64,000 nucleotides of DNA from Mytilus californianus (lineage: Eukaryota), in assembly GCF_021869535.1 (NCBI RefSeq), contig NW_026262670.1, positions 5,828,001 to 5,892,000 on the forward strand, read 5' to 3'. A program made the translations under genes and the position numbers. Below are positions 12,294 to 25,423 of this stretch, piece by piece; position 1 is the first letter of the stretch, and the number at the start of each line of letters is the position of its first letter. A model generated the notes under the pieces. That model was not told the DNA's origin, made no database searches, and saw only the letters and a list, made by a program, of their open reading frames with translations.

Positions 12294-12581
12294 AGTTACT
12301 TCGTACTTTTAAGCGTTGTTTACTTGATTTCTTGTATAATTTTTTGAGTAGAAAATACAAGAGTCAATAGTAAAGTTACATTTCTGTAAAATGTGATTTA
12401 CACTGAGATTACATAGTCATTTTTTCAACAAATGTGATTGTTTGTTGAAAAAATGACAATGTAATCTCAGTGTGAATCACATTTTACAGAAATGTAACTT
12501 TACTATTAATTCGTGTATGTTCTACTCAAAGAATTATATAAGATATCAAGTAAACAACGCTTAAACGTACGCCGTAACTGG
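12292..12581. repeat. About 290-bp imperfect palindrome (foldback/MITE-like)
   Basis: Arms 12292-12432 and 12441-12581 are reverse complements (cagttac...caacaaa / tttgttg...gtaactg) with an 8-nt loop. Confidence 0.92.
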
Positions 12582-12947
12582 TGACTAACGATTTTAAATG
12601 TTTGCAATTCCATTTAGAATACACAAATCAAGGTAACAATGAAGGAATATAAAGACAGCATCACCAATTGCATTGACAGGGTAAGCCTTTCCCGCCATGC
12701 ATCACTTGCAGTGTATCTAAACATCAAGTCAACTTATCACAAGAAGGAATAGGACACTATTGGAAAATCCACAGACACGACAATCATTCAGATATTTAAA
12801 AACAAAATAGTACAAATATCATCAAATATCAACACCAAAACAAGCTTTGTTACGTGCCTTAATCATTTAAACCTCTATTAAAAAGTGGATGGTGGTGTAC
12901 AAAGAAATATGCAATGTAGAAATGAAAATGATGATAATGACATCTAA

Positions 12948-13980
12948 GTATGGTAAATGTCAAACAGAGTATAGTACAATGATGATTGGCGAATGGTGAG
13001 AATGACATTCAACAACAGTGTATGGTAAATGTCAAACAGAGTATAGTACAATGATGATTGGCGAATGGTGAGAATGACATTCAACAACAGTGTATGGTAA
13101 ATGTCAAACAGAGTATAGTTCAATGATGACTGGCGAATGGTGAGAATGACATTCAACAACAGTGTATGGTAAATGTCAAACAGAGTATAGTACAATGATG
13201 ATTGGCGAATCGTGAGAATGGCATTCAACAACAGTGTATGGTAAATGTCAAACAGAGTATAGTACAATGATGATTGGCAAATTGTGAGAATGGCATTCAA
13301 CAACAGTGTATGGTAAATGTCAAACAGAGTATAGTACAATGATGATTGGCGAATGGTGAGAATGGCATTTAACAACAGTGTATGGTAAATGTCAAACAGA
13401 GTATAGTACAATGATGATTGGCGAATGGTGAAAATGACATTTAGCAACAGTGTATGGTAAATGTCAAACAGAGTATAGTACAATGATGATTGGCGAATTG
13501 TGAGAATGGCATTCAACAACAGTGTATGGTAAATGTCAAACAGAGTATAGTACAATGATGATTGGCGAATGGTGAGAATGACATTCAACAACAGTGTATG
13601 GTAAATGTCAAACAGAGTATAGCACAATGATGATTGGCGAATGGTGAGAATGACATTCAACAACAGTGTATGGTAATGGCAAATGGGGTACGGTATACTG
13701 ATGATTGGTAAATTGTGAAAATGACATTTAAGAACTGTGTATGGTAAATGTCAAATGGTGTATAGTTCACGAGTGGTTAATTGTGAGAATGCCATTTAAT
13801 AACGGTGTATGGTAAATAAAGGCAACAGTAGTATACCCTGTTCAAAAGTCATAAATCGATTGAAAGAAAACAAATCCGGGTTATAACTGAAGTGCAACAG
13901 AAAAAAACGCCAACATACATGGAAACGAACTATTTGATAACAACTGCCATGTATGGTAAATGTCAAATTGGGTAAAGTAT
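12948..13980. repeat. 72-bp minisatellite (10 near-identical units, then diverged units)
   Basis: Unit gtatggtaaatgtcaaacagagtatagtacaatgatgattggcgaatggtgagaatgacattcaacaacagt repeats every 72 bp from 12948. Confidence 0.97.
13818..13949 (-). mobile_element. 132-bp retroposed 3' tail inserted into the minisatellite
   Basis: Flanked by a 12-bp duplication tgtatggtaaat (13806-13817, 13950-13961); tail (rc: ...tatactactgttgcctttattt) resembles the end of the PLE fragment at about 20400. Confidence 0.7.
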
Positions 13981-14299
13981 TAAATTAACGGAGTTTGTCT
14001 CACGTGCTATGTGGAGGCCGTAGAATGTTTCCCCGTGTTGAGATGTATGCCTTTCTGTATTTTTAAAGTTATGGTGTATTTATTCTTGAGATGACTTCTC
14101 TTATGTGTGCCACATCACTCTCTAAATTTTAGACCAGTTTTTTTACTAACATTTTATTAAAACGCAACACACCTATTCTTGGCTGCAACTCTATCCCATT
14201 ACATTTTTCACTTTCGAACATTTAATGGGGCGGGATCAATATACCGTTATATACACATAAGACCGCACTGGTTACCGGAACTCTGGATACAACCAAACA

Positions 14300-14516
14300 A
14301 GGTTTTGAAACACAGAAGTGCTGACTTCTTAGTAGGTTACCCTCTGAGAGGAAACCTCTACCAGCAGTGGCATCAGCCCAATGATTGTAAATGAAGTATT
14401 AAAATTTTGTACGCAAGACGCAAGTTTCGTCTACAAAAGATTAATAATTATCACTCGAATCAGAAAAGTAAAAAACACCTAATAAAGTACTAAGTTGAAG
14501 AGCATTGAAGACCAGA
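14300..14516 (-). mobile_element. Strongly decayed copy of the retrozyme-type repeat
   Basis: Reverse complement retains gtcttcaatgctcttcaact, ttttgtagacgaaac and gatgccactgctggt segments of the 354-bp unit. Confidence 0.7.
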
Positions 14517-15529
14517 GAGTGCATGAATAATAATGAACCCTTGTAACAACTCTATGAGGGGTTCCTGTGAGACCTGTTGCAACATGTGCAGTGAAAAATG
14601 TCTTACCTTATCCAACATATTCAATTTTCCTGTTTGCAGTCCTAAATTTCTCGCCTTTTTCTCGGCGACCCATATATTGCAGATAATGTCTATAGTGTTA
14701 ACTGCTCATTGGTTGTGGTTTGGACGTTAGATAAACAACTATCAACCAATTGATATAAAAGCATTGTTTAAATGCTGCTGTATAGAAGGTGAAATTTCAG
14801 GATTAGACAAATTGAAAACAATTTGATGATAAAGTTGAGTTCTCAACCGACTGTCATCGTCTTATTCTGGATGAACATCAAGATATGAAGCAGACAACGT
14901 AAAGTTGAGGGAACATGTTTTCTTAGAGACCTCCTGGATTTAGTCTGCCTCATAAAAGATTAGCACATTCAATTTCAATTGCAATGCTGATTATGTGTCT
15001 TTAAAAAACTAATTCTCCAAACGTATCAAATATGTTGTCATTAAATTCACGCTTGTTGTTGATATCAATTTGAGAGAACTTTATATTTGAATCACTGTGT
15101 TTCTAACACGATATAATTTGCCCTTCCATAAGTCAGGAATGCGACAGTTATTTGCTATCCGTTTGATGTGTTTGAGCCTTTATTTTGTCATTTGATGAGG
15201 GACTTTCCGTTTTGAATTTTCCTAGGACTTATTTTTGTTATATTACTTTATGATAGGATTTTTGCGTCTATATATATAATGAATTATGAAAAAAAAAAAA
15301 AAACAATTTGCAGCAACTTTGTTTGAAAAATATAATTCATTAAAAGATAACTATCGAATTGAGTTTTAACGTTTAAAGGTAAAACATTCCTGAGAACTGA
15401 CACTGATTTTAATGGTAAATAAATAAAACACAATTTCTCTCTTAATTCCAGTCTGACAATTATGATTATTACACTGTAATTTTTATTAAAAGCTTATAGA
15501 TATTATATTTCTTCTATTTTGTTTTATAT

Positions 15530-15720
15530 AAAAATAAGAAGATGTGGTGTAATTGCCAACGAGACAACTCTCCACAAGAGACCAAATGTCACCGTACGAC
15601 CTGCTACAATGAGCAAAACCCATACAGCATAGTCAGATATAAAAGGCCCCAAAATGACAAACGCAAAACAATTCAAACGAGAAAACTAACGGCCTGATTT
15701 ATTTACAAAATAATAAACGA
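15530..15720 (+). repeat. Abundant dispersed repeat (aaaataagaagatgtggt... family)
   Basis: Related fragments at about 8050-8170 (rc), 32470-32650, 39520, 42900, 46000, 53940. Confidence 0.7.
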
Positions 15721-18229
15721 AAAACATACTCTTTTATAAAATAAATGTGACTTTACAGAAAATGAGAATGTTGCACAAGCGGAGACTCCAGATTTAAAAA
15801 AAGTCGTTATCACGTTCTTTAGAAATCTGCTTCTAAGAATGATGTGTGGATAGAGGCTGTATGTTATTGAGTTTCTATTTTCCAATTAATATTTGTTTGA
15901 TAAATATAAGAAAAACTATGAAATAATTTGATTTACAGTTGTGGACAAGAATGACCAAGCAATCCCATTAGAACCACAACCTAGCACATCAAGAGGGAAA
16001 TTGCCTATTTGTAAACATGGATTACAAATAACTCCAACCTCAAAGAAAAGCAAACACAAGCAGATAAGAACATATAAAATGTATGATAATGTTTTTTTTA
16101 TATCTATTTTGCCGAACGCGCCTACACTTTTGAGTTCTGCAAATTAGATTCAGATAAGAGTTATAAACGCATTGTCACTGCAAGAACATATTTATTGTTA
16201 TTTGTTCTTGCTTGGGTGCATTCATATAAAAAAATATTTAACTCATTCCATGCACTAACTATGGTTTTGGTTTTGGTCTAATCTCATCTCAGTTTCGATT
16301 TCGGTTTCAGGCTATTGTGAAGATGACTTAAGACGGTACTCTCCCTGATTCGAAACACAATTGGAATAGTAAGTGTAACACAGAAGTAATACCATGATTC
16401 TTAAAAAATCAATATCATAAATAAGGTGAACACATGACGGTTTTCCGTCTAAAAGCTTATCATAAAAACAACCTTCTGCACTCCTTTTGATCGAAAGTGT
16501 TTCATTAAAAATTTTAATATGCTCAAAAGAAGAGTCTAACATATTGTCCTCTAGTAGCTATGCATACCGTCACCAAAGTAAGTACATGGCATCATCTTAG
16601 TTCGTATTAAAGTTTCAAAACAAATTAGACAAATCAGATTCCCATTTTTTTTGTCATATGTTAGATGACCACAGTCTGTACAACTCTCAATTGAAAAATT
16701 TTCCTTCTTTTTGGGGTTTATCTTAAAGGTCCTCCAAGAATTTTCATTGACAATCCGTAGACTATATCAAAGAGCAAACTTCGATTTGTAAATTATATCA
16801 TTGTAACGTAATCTATTATCATTTATTCTTTTATCAGTCGAAAATTCTGTTCTAGCTTTTTGTCGCACACTTATTCTGTTTGTTTTTTTAAATGCCTTTT
16901 CTTTGTCTCACATATTCTTTCCTGATTATTATACTTCGTCATTCCAGAAAGTTTTACTAATGTAAAAGATTCTCTGGGTTCGTTTTGGGCAATCTGTAAA
17001 CTGTACTGTCTTGTTACACGAACAACTGTTTTACAAAAGATATACACACTATATGTTTCATTCTATTTTCCCTGCAAAGCTCAATTGTTCTATTGAGGTA
17101 TACTTAAGCTATTATAGTAAAATATACTACAATATCAATATACAATCAAAGGTATAGGTATGAAAATAAGAACATGGATTTTTTGGCGTACGTGGATGAT
17201 GATGTGAATGGAGAACGGAAAAACCAAAGCATACACATAAAATCGATCATATTTCTGTCTCAAATTAGTTAGTATGTCAACATGTAACCGACCATTCAAA
17301 ATACTTAAACACATCCTTACACAAGAGGCTGTTTAAGCTGTATCGAAAATTGCAGACAAAATTATATATCATTTTAATACATAAAAAAACAAAAGTTATT
17401 AGAATAGCTTGCCTACAACTTTACCTCAGCCATATCAATCTTGATAACACTGTTGAATTCATTTACAGGTTTACATCCAGTAGGTACATTATCTATTGTG
17501 GAAATGATGCATTTGTGACCATGGGCTGTTTTCTGCTCTTTGGTCGGGTTGTTATTTCTTTGACACATTCCTCATATCCATTCTCAATTTTATAATGTAA
17601 ACAAACAGACATTGTTCAGGTATGACGTAAAACCGGGGCTTAAAATAAATTTAAGAGGCAGTTTTGTATAAGTAATAAAAAATCTATCATTATCCACATA
17701 GAATTTGAAGTTTACAAGTTGAACTTATCCTTAAAACTCTTAATAAAAAAGTAACATAACGCCATTTCAATACACAAACGAGTATTAAAACCAATAAAAT
17801 TCGGTTATAAAAAATAATTGGATAAATAAGGTCATTTTGATATTAAACTGCTTTTTATACATCTTAGTTATTCGAAAACAGATCGATTTTTTTCGAGTGG
17901 CGTCCAGGTTTTATTGAATTAATAAACAATTTTTCCATAGGTTCAAATGTGATCCATAAATGTATTGACGTAACGAAAAAAATCAAAAAAAATCAAATAA
18001 GACTTTTTTAACAAACAAAAACAAAAAGTACAAACACAACAGTTACTGCAAGCGAATTTGATAAAGCTGTATACGCACATTTCCTCGAAAAATCGTCGTT
18101 TAATCGTATAGGTTGTCTAAGTAACATCTATAGTACGAGAGTATTTGTGAAATGTTTGGCAGAAAACGAAGACAAGTTTTATAAATGTTAATTTGTTTTA
18201 TCTATCCAGCAATTGGAATGATGGATACT

Positions 18230-18675
18230 GTAAACCTGTAGAGTTCCAAGTGGTGAAGTTGAAATTTTCCCTTCATAAATTTTACGGACGCCATTACGAG
18301 TTGTTTGACCGTTACGGAATATTCGTTTCACAGATGATAGCGGATATGTTCCTAATGCCTACAATCCCGTCCCCTTTTTCTAAATGTGACCTACCGAATT
18401 AGACTTATTACCTGATTTGTACTAATATGAGCAACACGACGGGTGCCACATGTGGAGGAAGATCTGCTTACCCTTCCAGAGCACCTGAGATCCACTCAAG
18501 TTTTTAGTGGGGTTCGTGTTACTCAGTCTTTAGTTTTCTATGTTGTGTTTTGTGTACTATTGTTTGTCTGTTTGTCTGTTTATCTGTTGGTCTTTTTCTT
18601 TTTTATTCATGGCGTTGTCAGCTTATTTTCGACTTATGAGTTTGAATGTCCCTTTGGTATCTTTTGCCTTTCTTT
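18230..18675 (+). mobile_element. 3' fragment of the same PLE family as 11525-12293
   Basis: EFQVVKLKFSLHKFYGRHYELFDRYGI...CDLPN* followed by the same structured 3' UTR. Shorter tails at about 19790-19900, 41150-41230, 57240-57345 (rc), 58070-58235. Confidence 0.85.
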
Positions 18676-20029
18676 TATCATTGTAAAGATGAATCCGATG
18701 TGACATTATTAATAGTTGGTTGTGTAGTAACAACACGCCATGCTAATCTAATTAAAATCGTTTTTTTTATCTGTTTTCAAAGTTATATATGACAATATAC
18801 ATTAGAGAAGATATATATTTCCATATTCTTCCAATACCAGCAAAGAACAACCAAATATACGGAAGCAACATACTAGAAATGGGTATCTTTGATGTTTTGT
18901 TTATGATTAACCAGAATATATAATGTATGTATGAAAAAAGTAAAATCACAAAAGTACTGAACTCCGAAGGAAATTCAAAAAGGAAAGTCCCCAATCAAAT
19001 GGAAAAATAAAAAAAAAAAAACACATCAAACGAATGGATAACAACTGTCATATTCCTGACTTGTATTACGATTCTCCTAGATTTGAAGATAATATAACTC
19101 TAGTACTCAGACGATTTAAAAAGCTTGCTTTTAAAATATATAATAAATAAGATGACAATAATCCTCAACTGTAATAAAAAAAAATGAATATAAGTTAAAA
19201 CAAATTGAGAAGTATTTCATAAAACTGACATAATTGCGAGATAAGAGTAAATTGATTTGATCGTATGCTTGAAAAAACCCCGGTCTACAATCGACAAAGT
19301 GACCAATACACTCGAAAAAATCGGACACTTCACCTACCTTGATGCAATTAGAAACAATCCATGTAACTATGTCTTTTTGAGTCGAAATATAAACAATATG
19401 AATAAGTTTTACCCTGTGTATTAATGGTAATGTTAGTTCCAACTATGTATTAAACAATGTTAAATTTCTTGCAACTTTACCAATAATTACGTATTTTATA
19501 GAACATTCGTCAGACAACAATTAAGATATCTAATGTTTGCTTTTATTATCAACGTGTGTTGTGAAGTTGTTGTGCATTGTCCTTTTTGGATAATAGCGCT
19601 TCACGTGTTGCGGTACATAGCATCCTCGGGTTTCAAAATTTTGGCTTTAGTCGTTTCTTAATAATAATTAGTAATACATAAATACATATTAATTAACAAA
19701 TTAATTATGAAAATTGAATAATTTGAGTAGGAATATATCAATTGTCTTATTTGATATGTGGGGTTCTTGTTGCTCAATCTATTTTTTTCTATATATATTT
19801 TTGTGGACTTGTTCTTCTGTTCGTCGATTTTCGTTTTTTGTCATGGCGTTGTCAGTTTTTATCTGACCTGTAAGTTTTAAAAATACCATAGGTATCTTTC
19901 ATCTCTTTTTTTTGTATATAAGTCAAGAATTACAAGCTCCGAATAGCTTGTTAGTCTTAATAATATGAAATCTGTCTTTTGTATTTATCAACTGATTGAA
20001 TATATTTAAACTAGATCTGATAAAACGAT

Positions 20030-20418
20030 TTATGTACTTCTTCTTTCTCAGCAGTAACATATCCTTCCCGCAACGTATGACGTTTCCATATCTCAATTTA
20101 TACGTTTTGTCCGTGCCTGTTCACGCTATACGGACTTCATTGGCAGGAGTGTCCTCCTTTCTAGTACTGTTAATTCAGAAATGATTGCGTTCATTTATTA
20201 TATAACATGCAGAACTGCGCATATGGTGCTGTTGATATCAATAACTGAGTGTTGATTCTATCGGCGGGTGATGCATGCCTAACAGGAGACGCTAAATCTG
20301 TCAACGCATCTTGTCTCGCGTGTCTCATACGATTCTCCTAGTTTTGTTATATACCTTGATCTGTTTTCTTAATCGTTTGATTAGATTTGAACATCGATAA
20401 TCTACGGTTACATTTATG
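20030..20418 (+). mobile_element. Decayed 3' fragment of a second PLE family
   Basis: FLSSNIS..(A)TYDVSISQFIRFVRACSRYTDFIGRSVLL resembles the PLE RT thumb; ends in gatttgaacatcgataatctacggttacattta. Confidence 0.65.
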
Positions 20419-23037
20419 TTTTTTAACTATACTAATAGAATCTGTAGGTTGACACAATAAACTGATTTGTGGTATAGATTGATTGTTGATTAGATCATCG
20501 ACAAACGCTAAGTAAAGATGAATCTCTTGTCAATTCTAATTAAATCTATGAAACCAGCACTTTCATCATTGATGAGGTACAAGCGTATAAACTGTATTAG
20601 ATGCTAATATAAAATCTTCCGTCCTCCGAAAGACAAAAACACCTTTAACATCTTTAAACTCTTCTCTTCAGACTTGCAAGAACACCATTATAATGATTAA
20701 AGACACCAGGGGAAAATAAATACGAAATCTAAAAGTTAACATTTGATACACAACAGGTGTTTATTCCATTTGTCAAAAATAAATCGCCTCGGAGTCGAGA
20801 TAAGAATACATCCAGCAAATCTGCAATCAACGACACATTAAAGACAAAACACTTACTCTTGTATACCGGTATAAACACAATGATACAAAGGTGCTGGTAA
20901 AAAAAATCCTAAAACATACATTATCAAAGAGGGTTCATACTTACTAAAAGTAAGCTGAAGCTTATTGTGCTGATATAAAAACATACCGTATTCCACAGTA
21001 AAAACAGTCGATAAACACTTTACTTATAAACTCAAAACAATGAGAAATACCAGATAAACGTTATTATCTATAATAGTTATATAGAATGTTTTGCCACTTA
21101 ACAACTTTAAAAAATGTAGACCAATTAATGAAGGCAACTGTATGTATCGAATGTAAACTGCAAACATTCTTCATCATCCCTGTACGTTTCCTTGTATTGT
21201 GAGTTGTAGTATCAATTTATAAAATTGATTATTTTGAAAATGAATTCCTTTAGAAAAAGGATCACTCAAAACTGTGTGTTTTAAATCAGAAATAAGAATA
21301 TTTAAAAAGGCCATCACTGGATCTACTTTAGCTGTCAATATTGTCTCATTAATATGAATTTCGTTCATACGGAAATGCAATACAATTTTTTTTACTGAAG
21401 TGCGCAAATGTTATTTACAATGTCAGTCCGTTTTAATCGATAATTTTGTTTTCATTTTAAGTTAAAGTGAAATATGAACAATGTATAACTCAAAGATATA
21501 TTTGCAGATTTTGGTGAGAGAATGTTTTTATCTACAAATAACGGAACATTTTCCTCACTTTGAAAATAATTTTTGCACTTTTCTTCGTTGAAAAATTTGA
21601 CTACCTATATAAAATTTCGTTATTAATACATGACAGACATATATTTTATAAATATCTGATGGACATATAAGACATATAAGAGTTTTTAATTTAAGGTGCA
21701 ATTTCACTGCTCCTCTTGTACGTTATCTTATTCCAGCAGATGCAATTTGTTAAAAAATCTAATAAAACTGTTTAACATACCTTCATGCTAGCTAAAAACA
21801 CACTTACAGACAACATTTTACATTTTATTCTAAAATTCTATAAACTACTTTTAACACAATAACAGCAAACAAATAAGCCAATGTATAAATTATATAATAA
21901 ACTATTCAAACTATATATAAGCAGTTTGACATACCTTAAGTAGAACAGAAGATTTCTTCATCTATAATTGAATTGAAAACCTTGGCATAGTGATGTATTA
22001 CAATTTGTAATTGAACTGTGTAGTTTTATAGCTAGTATGATAACATTATCAAGCTGAGACATAGCGAAAATAAAAATCATAGGTAGATTAAAACATTTGT
22101 AGCAAAATTTACATATTTATTTCAACTATTTCTGGTATTATTTTGTATTCCTATTGATCAGGTGGTCTGTAAACTTTCATTGATATTTAACATTGAATGC
22201 TTAAAATATATTGACTTTAAACTGGATGGATACCTACAAATATTTCTGTAAAATGTGACAGAAAGAATACAATAGATCGCATCTTGCAATAATTTTACAA
22301 ATGAAATTACTAAAATCGACGCCAGAAGACAAAACATTGAGTTTTCGTCAAATATGAAAACAGTTAAATATTTTGCATACACACAGATACATTACAGAGG
22401 GGACATTTATGTTTTTTTTTGATATTTTAATATGCTATGATAAATATTTTAAACGGAGGGGTTACGAATATTCAGCAGAAAACATTTTTTATAATCTGAT
22501 GAACACCAACATTAATCAATTGTATGATAATTAAGATAACACAATGTCCCCGTTATAATACAAAGTGAAATGGTCACATTGCATCCACCATAGGAAAGCT
22601 ATTGATAATTTGATCATATGCAATTCTATTTGTCATAAATAGTAATATGCAAATGAAATAGTTTCATAAAAATTTGAAGTGTTTGTTAAAAGCATTCATC
22701 ATAAAATTTTAGATTATCACTCGTACTTTTAACAAATCGTCGTTTTTATAAGTTTATTGAATTTGCATTTAAGAAATGGTCACTTATTTAATTGGAAAAA
22801 AGGATGACAAATGGGTTCTAAGTGCTTTCTATTCTCTTTATGTTCACAATTTGTCCTTTTTAGATTTTAAACGCTTAAATCGTTCCAAATGAAGCTCTTT
22901 AAAAAAGTCAAATATTCGATGAAGGGTATCCTTACATATATAATGTAATTTTATTTGAAAGTAAATTGTCATATGATAATTATTCAATAAATGTTTCATA
23001 CATCTATGTTGTTGTACATATTGTCATTTTGTATGGT

Positions 23038-23079
23038 AACTATTTGTAACTATTGGTAACTATTGGTAACTATTGGTTG
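23038..23079. repeat. 10-bp tandem repeat (aactattggt) x4
   Basis: aactatttgtaactattggtaactattggtaactattggtt. Confidence 0.85.
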
Positions 23080-24304
23080 TTCATTTAGGACAATATACTC
23101 AATATTGAATACATAGGGGATAACAAAAATAGAATGTAGACATTTTCAGTGAGTCGTAATCACAGTGAATTTAACAAACAATTCTACTATATCTATACGA
23201 AAGTGTAACAGAAATTGGTTCTACTTAAACTAGTACAGAGTATTACGGTTTGTTTCTATTGAAATTACTACTAAAACATTAGTGATTTGTTTTGAATTAA
23301 TTTGTTTGTTACATGTCAATGTTGTCATAAGGATTTGTGGTGTGAATGCCAAAAGACAGCAATGAACAAATGAAGCAGGATGTCAATCACTCAAGATCAC
23401 AAGTATAGTAAATTGCCTAGAGATCATAAAATATGAAAACAAATCAGTGAAAACTAATGGTATTATTTAAAAAAATAAAAATAAAAAAAACTACTGCAGA
23501 CAGCAAGCAACGACAATCATCGGTTCCTGGAGGACACATACATTCTTTCTGTATAAAATGTGTTAACACCGAGCATTCATGCAAATTTTCCCTTTTCAAT
23601 ATAGGACAGCGTAGTAACGTTATTATTGACATCTACCTTTACTCATTTTAAATTGAAACTATTTCTGGAAATCAATATCTACAGTAAGTATATATGCCAG
23701 TAGAGGACGATAACAGTACCTTACAATCTATAATGCATTTTATTTATAAAAGGAATGAGGATTTCTAAGTTGATGCTTTAATTTGATAAACTAGTGAGGA
23801 ACTATGTTTTGTTATATTCATTATGTATTTCAAACATAATTCTCGTCAGGGCTACTAAAAAAAAAAAAAAAAAAGAAGAAAAGATGGACACTAAAACCAG
23901 ATACGCTATACATTTAGGATAACCTTAAAAATATCACATTTTACAGTTTGGGTTGCTGACAACATTTCTATAAACAAATGAACGTTACAACGTTTAGATT
24001 TAACAAAATACTGGCCATCAGAACAAAGATACAATCGCAAATTTGCATTTTACCGTCATTTGCTTCAACGCAATTACGAAGTACCAAATTTAATTGAACA
24101 CAGATGAATTTTCATCCTAGAATTCCTCCTTAAAAATCAGCTGAACAACCGACCCACACCGACGACTAATGACTGTATTATAGATATAACAACTGTCCCA
24201 TGATTTATATTGACAAATGTACATCAAAATTAGACAAGACAATAGGGAATTGTTATCATGACATTAGACAAATATTTCACGAGCTCAGGTGATAAAATTG
24301 ACTA

Positions 24305-25423
24305 CTATTCCCCCGATTTTGAAATCATGGAACTGGTCGTACGTACAGAACACCTGTAATATGATTTCGATTTTTTACTTTTACATTTAAACAACATCAA
24401 CAATTCTTTTCTGAAATAGGCACCTGTAATACTATAAAGAAAAAAGTGGACAGAATAGTTCATGAAGTATACAGTTTTGGTAAAATATAGAATGTTTTGT
24501 GACTTGCTTAATATTGCTCCTATATCCATATGCCCAGTTCCTGAATTGATGAAATGAGTTAACCATAAAACTGCATAAGGAGTGTTGAAAACAACAAAAC
24601 ATACGGACACCGCTATCAGTATAAGAGTGAATTCTAACCGTATGATACTTTCCTCGGAAATGATACGATTTCGTCGATGATGTTTATTTCTCCTGATTAG
24701 TTTTCGTATGATTAAAGCATTTAAACATGTTATGATGAGGAATGGTATAAATGTAATAGATACACAAAATATACAATCGTAAATAAATGAAACAAGCCGG
24801 TACTCATTTCGTCGCACACACCAAGGCACTTCATTTGGTCCTATGTTTATTTCTTTGTTTAACCATGGACGAAATAACGCTACACATACAGATATAAGAA
24901 TAACAACAGCAATGACTCTACGTGATGAGCTCGTATCGCTTATGTTTCGACGTCGTTTTAACGGATGACACACCCCGATATATCTCTCTACTGTAAAGCA
25001 AACCACTAGCCAAGATGAAAGGAACCTAAAATTATATGTTAAAAACAAAATCACATGGCATGTACCATCTCTCTCTAGAAAAAGTGGTGCAGATGTGCCG
25101 AATGCAGTTGGAAGGCCTCTACGCAGCCATTCTATTAACACATATGATAAAAGTGCCATCAAATCTGCACATGAAATGGCCGCTAAGTATAAACTAGCAG
25201 GCAATCGTCGCATATTTCTTGCCAGAAACACTAATAGAGATAATGTATTTCCAACAACTCCGATAATGAATATAATTGGTGTAATATATGTAAAAAATGT
25301 CTGTCCAGTTGTCCTTACCAATGTTTCTCCTTTGAATGTAAAATTGAAACTGCTGTCTGTACAGTTTGGTAGATTGTTATCAGATCCATTCAAATTACAT
25401 GCAGGAATTGTTGAAAGATTTCC
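24305..25423 (-). CDS. Main coding exon of a class A peptide GPCR (FMRFamide/myosuppressin/sex-peptide-receptor-like group)
   Basis: Seven hydrophobic segments; GN in TM1, LAAISCAD in TM2, FLSSWLVVCFTVERYIGVCHP in TM3, CFVVFNTPY in TM6, NYSVHFFLY...G..FR in TM7; four N-glycosylation sequons in the N-terminus; tandem TAG TAG stops. Strong acceptor (tttttttctttttcag/G) at 25424; the ORF-track start MCYFFFLFQ is intronic. Confidence 0.92.
   Translation of the reverse strand, partial: GNLSTIPACNLNGSDNNLPNCTDSSFNFTFKGETLVRTTGQTFFTYITPIIFIIGVVGNTLSLLVFLARNMRRLPASLYLAAISCADLMALLSYVLIEWLRRGLPTAFGTSAPLFLERDGTCHVILFLTYNFRFLSSWLVVCFTVERYIGVCHPLKRRRNISDTSSSRRVIAVVILISVCVALFRPWLNKEINIGPNEVPWCVRRNEYRLVSFIYDCIFCVSITFIPFLIITCLNALIIRKLIRRNKHHRRNRIISEESIIRLEFTLILIAVSVCFVVFNTPYAVLWLTHFINSGTGHMDIGAILSKSQNILYFTKTVYFMNYSVHFFLYSITGAYFRKELLMLFKCKSKKSKSYYRCSVRTTSSMISKSGE

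Noticed and set aside
12944-13663. 239-aa repetitive ORF or CRISPR-like array
   Set aside because: It is a 72-bp minisatellite with no unique spacers. The open frame follows from a stop-free unit, and the peptide resembles nothing known.
15941-17050. Protein-like stretches (PLEPQPSTSRGK on plus; about 90 open codons at 16760-17040 on minus)
   Set aside because: No recognisable domain; the flanking candidate exon 16311-16577 has stops in all frames.
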